Assembly (NCBI GenBank): GCA_964016885.1
Contig: OZ024741.1
Location: 141,174,001 to 141,238,000, forward strand
DNA length: 64,000 nt
Direction: 5' to 3'
Origin: Eledone cirrhosa
Lineage: Eukaryota
The notes beneath the pieces are model-generated. The model was not told the DNA's origin. It was given only the letters and a program-made list of their open reading frames with translations, and made no database searches. Of the stretch, positions 53,831-64,000 are shown piece after piece. Within the stretch, counting starts at the first letter, position 1; the number at the start of each line of letters is the position of its first letter. The translations under genes were made by a program, and so were the position numbers.

Positions 53831-56800
53831 TTACATTCAAGTAAATATTTATATACAAGAATGAATATATTACAATATTTTACGATTGTGATTTTTTTAT
53901 TCTTTATTTTCTTCTTTTATTGTTTTCAGTCATTAGTGGGCACGACAAAGCAGGGCCACCGCCTATTGCTTCGTAACCACGTGTCTCGTTGTTGAGGTCT
54001 GTTACGCCGCAATTTGGGCAATTATATTCTTCTATAGTTGTCTATAGTTGACAATTGCCTTGTGAGTGTAATTTAGTAAGCATTGGTCACCTATAAGTGA
54101 ATGTTCTTGACCAAGGTTCGGCGCCTCGGAATGTGACCCAGACGCACGTATTTGCGAAGCAAAATTCATAACCATATAGACATACCTCTGCCTCTGTGTT
54201 GAATATATATAAAGAAAGAAGATTTTCAATATCGTTTCAATATTTAATATGTATTCACATTTCTGATGTATATATTCTTTTTAATTATCGTTTTCTTTCA
54301 CCTCTCCCACGTCAATTCAAAATATTCCTTAGATTGCTCTGTCCATATTTAAATATTTAGACATGTTTTGTTCTCAGTGTAAATCTGATCACATAAAAAC
54401 ATATTACATTTCATTCCTGTCTATTGAAACTCAGTTTTAATAATGTTTCCAGAGACGATATTGATTATCACTATACAGTTTCCTACATAACTGCATAATA
54501 TTGATCTGGGGTACTTTATTCGTGTACTGAAACACAATATTGAATATCAATAGCTGCATTGTGATTGGATCGGACGTTAAGCTGATCGTGGTGGTTTTTA
54601 TAAAGACATATTTGAACAGTAAACCTGCTGCTTATGCTTATATAGTCATTAACCTGCCTCAAATGTGTATCGCTACCTTCCAGAGCTAGAGCCGTTCTTC
54701 TAGTTTAACCTGATGTAATTCATCTATTGCCAGTAACTTGTTATGAAATAAAAGCGAAAGAGCTTGTAAATCATACCAGTTCTAACAGTCAATGTTGATT
54801 AGCCGTCTGAGATTATCTAAACTTAGTGAACTCTAATTACCACAATGATCAGTCTAGGCAAATACCTATTATTGGAAAGTTTTTCTTCTCGTGAATATAA
54901 AAGACTACTCTGTCCTCGTGTCACATAAGCTGGTGCAGTAGAAAATTTAGACAGAATAAACATTATCAACGTTTGTTTAAGATTGTTAAATGTTTTATTT
55001 CAGCACAGGTATCGTGTTGAAACAGCTACATTCAAGACGACTACTCGTGTGTTTCGTTAAAATTTTCTATAATATTTAGACATAAATATATTAAACGTTG
55101 GTACTGGGAAATGAGGCTGTTGAGAGAAGCCGATGTAACTAATCTTTAAGTTCAGTTTTTTAATGTAAACGAACAATGATGACACACAAATAATGAGTGG
55201 ATTGCACAGACCATTGAAGTGACTATAGAAAAGAAAGAGAGAGAATACAGTATGTTAAAGCTATTGCACTATATCAATTGAATAATCAAAGAAATATTCT
55301 TATAAAAGTTAATATACCAGCCGAAATAGCCTTAGATTGATGCTCTAAAAGTCTCCCATTCAATCCTGAGTCTCAGCATCCAGAGGTTAGTCTATATATT
55401 TTTCAATGGCGTCAGAAGCAGATAAAAGAGTAAACTAGTATACAAAATATGTAAAAGTCTTTTAATGCGTTTGGCTGAACAGTTAGTTAGATTCACGCTC
55501 GTCTAGATATGCGTTCGAATTCCACCGGACCGTTACATCCTTCAATAAAAGCATTACGTTTCCTCTTGCTCCGATCAATACGGCTACAAATTATGAGTTG
55601 CCCTGATAATTCAAACGACCAGCCTTGTCCCACATAGCATCATGATGAATCTCCCTGACAACTGAGTTGTCGATACACGTGTCGGTAGAACGATCTGTTA
55701 CTTTCACTTTAAGTTCGCGAATGAACTGCAACACGGGTCATTGCAACCGAGGGAGAACGAGACCAATGTGAAATAAGGCCTTACTCAAGAACACAGCGCA
55801 CCACCAAATATACAAATCATGATCTAATCTGAACGTGTTAACCACTCAGCCACTATTGTTGGATAATTTACGTGAATTAAGAGTAATTCAAATGTGTGAA
55901 ATTTCCTTTCTGGTGTGTATTGATATCTATAAAGATAATTCGATTCATGTATTTATCTTTTTGATAATGCAATTCGTCATAACATAATTTAATAAGTGTT
56001 ACAACTCGTCAAGTCATTTTAAAATGTCATTTGTCATATTAGATATAACTGTTATCAATAAAATTCTTAAATTTTAAAATATTTTATCAGATCTACATAG
56101 TATATTGTGAAATATGTGTAAAATATGTGTCAATAGCATATGAAATTCCATTTTCCATAATCTCATTAAATTATACTGTGCTAAGATAATGACGTGTGGC
56201 TTAGTGGTTAGAATGTTGATCTTACCATCATGAATAAAATTTCTCGTTGCTCCTATCTAGCCAGCTGGCAAAAATGAATTGCGCCTGTAATTTAAAGAGC
56301 CAGCTCTGTAATATCCAGTGCCGCGTTAATATCCCCGAGAATTAGATTAAGAGTAAGAAAAGGGTATTTTGCCGATTCCGGTAAAATAGACCCCCAGGAT
56401 ATTTTGCTGGTAAGAGTGACAGACACATGCTTTACAGCATAGTTGCGACTCTTTACGGTCTGATTTCAAACTCCGCCGTGGTTAGCTTTGCCTTCCATCC
56501 TTAAGGGGTCGATAAAATATAGCACCCGTAATGCACTGGGGTTGATTTAATTGATTTTCCCCTTTCCCAAAAGTGTTGGCCTTGTGCCTAAATCAGAAAC
56601 CAAATTATTATGAAGGTAATGTTAAAAATAATAACAAATATCTTTAACACAGAAGTATATTTGTTTTCACCACCAATTATTAAGACAATTTAAAACCTCA
56701 TACACAACTATTTGTATTTACCGGTAAAATAAGCTTAAAACGTATGTCTACCTGTTTGTAGCCTATTCGTTCAGAACACACATCTATGGTATGTTTAGCC

Positions 56801-57493
56801 ACTTGAACGTTTTCATGATTGAAACAACGGAGAACATTGACCTTCAGAACCGACTGAGGCCCATCATACCTATTTCACAGGTAAAATACCTGGGAAATAG
56901 GTAGAACACAAGCAAGAATAGTTCTTAATTTCATCGCGCTACATTCTGGTTACTATGTAACACCAAGTAAACATTATTTTACCTTGCCCTGGTCAATACA
57001 ATAAAGTCCAGTAATCTACAGCAAGAATTCAATACACTATAAATTTCTATACTGATATTTTGATTTTGGAAATTACTATTTTCTAACTCATCTAAGAGCG
57101 TTGGATTTTCATAGTCGTTTGGTTGTCCAACAAATGCGTAGTAATATTTTTCCGGCTCTTTCCGTTATGAGTTCAGATTCCGCCGTTGTCAACTTTACCT
57201 TTCTTCATTTCGATGTCAATTATTGGAGTCGATTTAATCGACTTACACTACCCATAATTGCCTTGTGCCTAAAGTAAAAACCAGTATTTTCTAACAGGTG
57301 TTTTAGTTCTTGTATTTACCCCATTATAATTTTATTGGTTTCAGTCGTTAGACTACGATGAAGCTGGGACACTGGTTTCAATGGTTTTAGTCCATTATGT
57401 GGATCCAAGTAATTATTATTTTCGAATTTGCTACATATTTTATCGTCCTCTTTTTGTCAAACAATTATGTTACGGGCCATAAGCAAACTAGAA

Positions 57494-57665
<172 letters not shown>

Positions 57666-57790
57666 GATCCCTGTGAGGTGTCAGAGAGTAAACAGCTAAA
57701 GAACTTACTGAATTCATTAGTAGAGTATAGGCATCTTTATTATATATAGAAATGATTTCTACGGGACAAAAACTGTTTCATTCGTATGAA

Positions 57791-58175
57791 CTTATCATTC
57801 CTGATGATTTCAGTCATGCACCACTTATCATTCCTGATGATTTCAGTCATGCAGCACTCGGCATTAAAAATATCAAGTGCATGTAGATCAATTCCGTTGA
57901 GTTATGTAATACGATGTCGTCTACAAATTTCAATCGACTAATTTTACACCTGCCAGTCGTGATGCCACTTCCAGCTCGGCTGCGCATATCAATCCTGATC
58001 ATAGCAGTACGCACCCTTCGGAAGAGTCCCACTCCCACATTGAATGGTCATAAATCTTGGGTAATGATCAAAGGATTACGATCGCAAATACAAGATGCGG
58101 AAAGGGGATTCCTCCGAAGAGTCATTGGAGTAAAATTTCTCGATAGAGTGTGTAGCTCGGAGATCAGAGAGTCAG
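57791..58175. mobile_element. RTE (Rex3-like) fragment with an internal inversion
   Basis: Minus strand 57791-58000: RIDMRSRAGSGITTGRCKISRLKFVDDIVL (FADD-type RT motif). Plus strand 58005-58175: PTLNGHKSWVM...IQDAERGFLRRVIGVKFLDRVCSSEIRE. Confidence 0.7.
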
Positions 58176-58185
58176 AAAAAATATT

Positions 58186-58620
58186 TATGGGAAGGGAAGT
58201 ACCTTACGGACATAGGGAGACATGATTGCAAAGAAACGCAATTCAAGATACATTTTTGTGCACTAAGTGGTGCTGGCAGAAAACAGAAAGGATAAACGCA
58301 AAAGATATACACACGAAAGAAAATAAAAAGAAAGTTTTTATGAAATACCTGGAGAAACGTCACGGCCAATGCGGGAAAGGTATATGACTGAAAGTATAGT
58401 TAAGCATTTTGGATTGATAGACTTTGGTGATATATCCAGACAACGTAGAAGAATAAAACCTTATGGGAAGGATGAGTCCCTTACGGACATATAAAGTCTA
58501 TGAACCAAAATGCTTAACTATACTTTCACAGTCATACACTATACTTTTCCTGCATTGCCCGTGATGTTTCTCCAGGTATTTCATAAACGCTTTCTTTTCA
58601 TTTTCTTTCGTATCTTTTCT
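58186..58620. mobile_element. Tandem-plus-inverted repeat element
   Basis: 58300-58423 is the reverse complement of 58496-58620. TTATGGGAAGG...CCTTACGGACATA occurs at 58186 and 58461. Confidence 0.55.
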
Positions 58621-59736
58621 TCTGTGTCTATCGCCTTTATGTTAATCTGATTCTTTGTTGTTTGCGCATTTGTTTCTCTATTTGCTTATCTCTCACAATA
58701 TTTTCTAGTTCCGAACAACGTCTGAAATATGTTGGTATCTCCTACATAGTTCCAGGCGATGATTCATATTCCTTATTTCAAAGGAAAGGCCTGAATAGAT
58801 TGCTGAAGCTCGGAAACTTTTGTTTGTGTTTTTGTTTCCTGCTTTCTATTTGATATAGGTAGCCATTCATTTGCAGTTGGGTGGAACATGGAGCGATATA
58901 GTTCCGAAGCCAGCTCAGTCATCGATTTCTGGAGGCTATTCTCTATAATTTTAAATGTATTTTTAAATTGTCATTTTACTGGAGTTAATATAAACTAGAT
59001 ATTCCCATTCCATAAAATGAACTGTCATTACAAGAGCATCGAGGATAGACTTAACCATTTCGTTGGAATATTTTTAATGAAAAGCACTGCCTAATGTTTT
59101 TATGGATGATCCCGACTTTATAGGGATTTAGTAATATTTCTAAATTTCTTTTCTGATATCAGATGTTTGGAACGTAGCTTAACAAGCTTTCTTACATGAA
59201 ATTATAATGGAATGTTTTAGCTAAATATAAATACTTTAATCTTTTTGATACTATATTTCTAATGAAAGAATGTCTTAAAATAATTCAGAAAATGAAAATA
59301 ATCAACGAAATAAAACTAACTTTCTCGTTAATAAACTAAAATTATAACGAAAGGCGTTAAATACATATCAAAAATTTAACCTGGACATATTTATATCTCA
59401 AGACCAAGTGTGATTTCATGTTTCAAAAATGCAATAGGTAACATATGAATAAATTATATATCTTCGTATTGGTATAGCAATTACTGTTTTTTGTAAGTCA
59501 GTGACGTTCTACAGACACATGTTCACAACATTCCTCATCAAATAGTGTCACATTTCACGAGACAAAAGAAAGACGTGCTTTTATACGAACTTTGTTATTG
59601 ATTAACACCATTCTAGAAATATTCTGCAAATGCTTTCGTAGACTAATTCAGGGACGAAGTAATACAGAAACCTAGAGGACTGTATGCGCAATATTTACCC
59701 CACCACCACCAATTTACTAACAAGTATATAAATGCG

Positions 59737-59820
59737 TATATATATACACACACATACTATATATATATATATATGTGTGTGTGTGCCTGTGTGTGTGTGT
59801 GCGCGCATGTGTATGTGTGT

Positions 59821-59895
<75 letters not shown>

Positions 59896-59920
59896 TGTGT
59901 GTGTGTGTGTGTGTACATAC
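59737..59920. repeat. Compound (TA)/(TG) microsatellite
   Basis: Direct reading. Confidence 0.95.
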
Positions 59921-60519
59921 ATCTATATAATTTTGTGTCGGTAAACAAGATTATTTCCTCACAGGAAACGTTTTTGTTCGGCTCACGTTCTTCAAACGTA
60001 TTGATCCTGTAACTACACAAAAAATATTTCAATATTTAAATACTCTGACCATCATCCGACTTCGTTATCTCAGTTTCACCGCCAACTACGTTAGATGAAC
60101 ATGGATCCTACGAGAGTTTCAGTTATAATGAAATATATTGTGTATTCGTAAAACTGGTGAATGCTTTTAATACAGATGTGTATTGTATATTTACACGGAA
60201 ACAAACAATTATTTTCAGATGGAAGACTACCAACTACACATGTTTTCCCTTATGTTTTTTCTTCCGTTTTCTTTTATCTTCCGCCTGTCTTCTTTATTTT
60301 CTCTCTCTATCTCCAATGGGCCCTTAACATTTGATGGAATCATTGAGACGCCGTAGACAACATATACAGTAGGTTTTGAGTATATAAATCTAATGGAGCA
60401 GATCTCTCTCCAGCTTCTAACAAAGCCAATTTCATCCGCACAAAAATACGAGAACGCATGATAAAGTGACAATGAGGAAGAACCTATCCTAGTGATGGGC
60501 TGATTTTTAAATATCGACC

Positions 60520-60726
60520 ACGAAATAATTGTTTCTAATTTTGGCACAAGGCCAGCAATTACACAGTGTATTACTGGTATTTTATTTTATCGACCCCGTA
60601 AGGATGAAAGGCAAAGTTAACCTCGGCGGGATTTGAACTCAGAATTGCAAGGGCCGTAACTCTATGCGTCAAAGCATGGCCTCCGACCCTCTGCCTATAC
60701 TGCCAATCCACCGCCCACGAAATAAT
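60520..60726 (-). mobile_element. SINE family A
   Basis: Full copy flanked by CCACGAAATAAT direct repeats (target-site duplication). Confidence 0.85.
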
Positions 60727-63129
60727 GAAAGGCAAAATTGACGGTTTTGAACTCAGAGAGTCGGAACAAATATAACGAATAATTCTATGTTCTAACGACT
60801 CTTCTAATTCTCTGTCTCTCTATATATATCTTCATTTAAGTTATATATTAATGTGATATTATTGCAGTGTGTTATTATCCGGTACTCTTCTGTTTATATC
60901 TTTTAATTAGATAGTTAGTGACAATACGAGCATCTATAAATAATAATTAACATATTTCAAATTTATCCACCTTCGTTAACTAAACATATGGTGTTGACCC
61001 ACACCGAGCTTGATGCATAAATCTATTAAAAGACAGTGACTGTTGACAGGTGAACTTTAGTGAACATCCGAGTGGCATACCAGAGATGCGAAGTTCGATT
61101 TCTGCAAGCGTCTCTGTTTACTTTTTACGTTCCTACGTGAACTTTACTCGACTCTTAACTATTACTTATGGCTATCTGTATTTTGGCTAACATATTTTCA
61201 ATATAAATATATATATATGTGTGTGTATGTGTGTGTGTGTAAAAGGTAAACAGAAATAACAACACAATCGTTACAGTATATGGAAGGAATATATTAGGTT
61301 AACGCTTGAAATAGCAGGAAGAATGTCTTAACGTTTCGGACGCTAGTCCTTCAAGAGAAGAAAGAATGAGAAATTAGATAGATTGAAGGGACGGGATAGA
61401 TTGATGGAAAGGGATAAAACATTTTTAGAGAAAAATAACAGGTCCATTCATGTTACCATCTCTTGGAAAACTGTTGATGGTGGCGTTTTGTGTATGATAT
61501 ACTTTTTTTAGAAAAGTGGATGACGGAGCGCGTCTACCTGAAATGGAAAAAAAAACATTTTGTATAAAAAGCTATATTTGTGCGCGTCCGCATGTACGTG
61601 TGTGTGTGTGTGTTATTATATATCCGTACGAAGCTAAGAGGATATGTGTATGTATATGTAAGTAAAAGAGTGTGTGTACTTGTAACTACGAAGCTATGAG
61701 CAAACGTATGTTAATATAAGGAACTGTGAAGGGAAAGTGGAGTGTGCGTATTTTGTTGGTCTGTATTAGCTGTAAGAGTATATGTTTCTGACCATAAGAG
61801 AGCCATATATATATATATAAAGTTGTAGGCAGAAACAAAACAATAGTGCAATCAACACATGTTGAAGTTGGATATTTTTGTTTTCAGTTATATTTAACTT
61901 CGGATTTTCTCAAATGGTTTAGACGTGTTTTTCTATTGAAACCGCTGGTATTGATTAAAACTGTTTACATACACACATAAGTGTATGAATATATATGTGT
62001 GTGTGTGTATGTGTGTGTGTGTGTGTCACTCAAAGTAAAACCTATATTATACGTGAAAAAAGTAATGTTGTGGCATTATATAGAGTTACGTGTAACCACG
62101 GGGTGCCGTTTCGTAGCAAAGAATACCTACAGCGAAGAAAACAATTTATAAATATTTAAATCAGAAAAGTGTCCAAAGAAGCTTCGAAGCTTTTTTTTTT
62201 ATTCGTTTTTTTTTAATTGAATTATTTTTATCATACAAATTATTTTCACTTCGAAAGCGGGATAATATTTTAATTCGCATAGGAGCATTGTTTAGCTTAT
62301 AATTTTAAATCATAGCTTTACGCTTCACTGTATCGTAACCACAATATAGTTTTCACACATTCGATTTTTTTTTCCGCATCTCAAATATTTGACGTGGACT
62401 TATTGTTCGTCTTCTATCTGTTAATGCCATCATGTGATATCTATTGTTCTCATAACTTCACAGTGAACAAAACAAATATATGGGCATAGTTAGATATGAT
62501 GTTATGATAATACCGGTTAAAAGATAATATGCATTCTCTTTTATTTTACAGAAAAATGATTTATTCTAAACAATACATTTTAAACATGATTCTCCTATAT
62601 AATTTTAACCATTTTACTTTCTTGTATTCTTAAAAGCAAAAAATGAAAATTGTGATAGTTAAATTAGAGATAATATATGAGAGGTAACTCTTATCATTAA
62701 CAATATTTGAAGCAGTTCTTTGTTGATAAACAGTATTGCATAAAAATAATATACATCAGCGTATAAAATGTCTATTTGGGATAAATTATTGATAGATTTT
62801 GCATTTTCAGGAATTTTACATATTTTAGAGGACTTTGACGTATTGAAACAGAATATTATACCCTTTCATTAGGAAAAGAAACGTGAATTTAATCGATTGA
62901 AGAAGATCGTGGAAGTATCTATTTTCATTTAGCACGATAATAATTATTAAACCACGCGCGCGCGCGAGTGTGTGTGTGCGTGTGCATGCGTGCGTGCGCG
63001 CCATGATTCAACCACCTTGCCAGAATAAAGCGTAAAATGGTGTTTCATTAAATTGAAAATTACACTCTATTTCGATATAGCTATTTATAAGTTTATATCC
63101 ACTTGTGTATGTTTCATCCAAATGTCTCT

Positions 63130-63440
63130 GTGTGGTGGACCTACGTCGGTTTCAACGATGAATGTGTCGGCTATTCGAACAACGGAACGACTGCCTCGTG
63201 AAAAATGGAGGGAAACTTATTGAATATTCAACACACATGAACCTTTAATGTGGTTCTCGGAGAGATTCAGCGTGACTCAATGTGTGACAATACTAATCCT
63301 TTGAATTAGAACTACAATTCATTTTCCCCAGCTTAGCGGGTGGGAGAAACGAGAACATCAGAGGTTTGACGAAAAACGACGTGCTACCTGGAATTGTACT
63401 TCCGTTTTTCAGCCAAAAACCCTAACCACTAGGCCACTCA
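63130..63440 (-). mobile_element. SINE family B, diverged
   Basis: GGAGAGATTCAGCGTGAC..GTGTGACAA..CCTTTGAATTA segment and a tRNA-like end CCTAACCACTAGGCCAC. Confidence 0.6.
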
Positions 63441-64000
63441 CTTTCACACAACGGAACAGATAATGAATTTCTCACATGGAGAATATTCAGGTACCATTGC
63501 TTCCACAATGGTCATCCACCTCCACCATTGGAATTACAAATACCATTAATACCATTCCCGTTGATATTATTGGGAGCTGACGAGGAAGGGGGCGGAGAGG
63601 AATATTTACCATCATCATCATCATCCTTCCTATGATTATTATCGTTATTGTTAACTCCATCACTGTCATGTTTTTGTCGGTATTCTCAGCGTACAATTTC
63701 AAATATTAGTTGAACCGAGTAATCGACGACAAACATTCTTATTAATGCAAACAAAGTTTGTTAGTTCTTTTAATTCCAGTACATGACGTAAAGCAAAAGC
63801 AGTTATGATCAATTTTTTTCAAAACATTTTCTTTATTGTTTATTATATCAAATGAAGTTATCAGAAACATCTAAGAGAAAACAAAGATGAGTTCAGACGT
63901 AAATATCTTTACTACATCATTTCCATATAGATTCCGGTATAGATTTAAATTATAATTACTGAATTCATAAGACGGTGAATTGGCAGAGGTGTTAGTGTTG

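Noticed and set aside
57791-57856. Tandem CTGATGA motifs
   Set aside because: Part of a duplicated RTE coding fragment; no hammerhead 3' half.

Overview
AT-rich, microsatellite-dense animal genomic DNA. The SINE families and (TA)n/(CA)n density look like an octopus/cephalopod intron or intergenic region; this is inferred from recalled repeat motifs, not a search. There is no intact host gene, only one weak candidate exon (51690-51840, minus). Conventional content: a nearly full-length but frameshifted RTE-clade LINE (~38.0-42.7 kb) with a nested R4/Dong-type fragment sitting in (TTA)n, several other LINE fragments (RTE/Rex3-like, CRE-like, R4-like), two abundant tRNA-like SINE families and many simple repeats. 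Most ORF-track entries are microsatellite artefacts. The notable signal is a set of non-coding elements next to microsatellites with tandem and/or fold-back architecture. They carry type I hammerhead ribozyme (HHR) motifs: stemI-CUGANGA-stemII-GAAA-palindrome-UH-stemI. The best case is a near-identical 310-bp tandem unit at 34205-35325, with two minus-strand HHRs and one plus-strand HHR, which resembles a young Penelope-derived non-LTR retrozyme able to make a 310-nt circular RNA. Sequence-unrelated elements at 5.4-6.8, 13.2-13.8, 13.9-14.4 and 31.8-32.1 kb carry the same fold with compensatory changes, and decayed or half copies occur at 2.3, 45.2, 46.1 and 47.0 kb.
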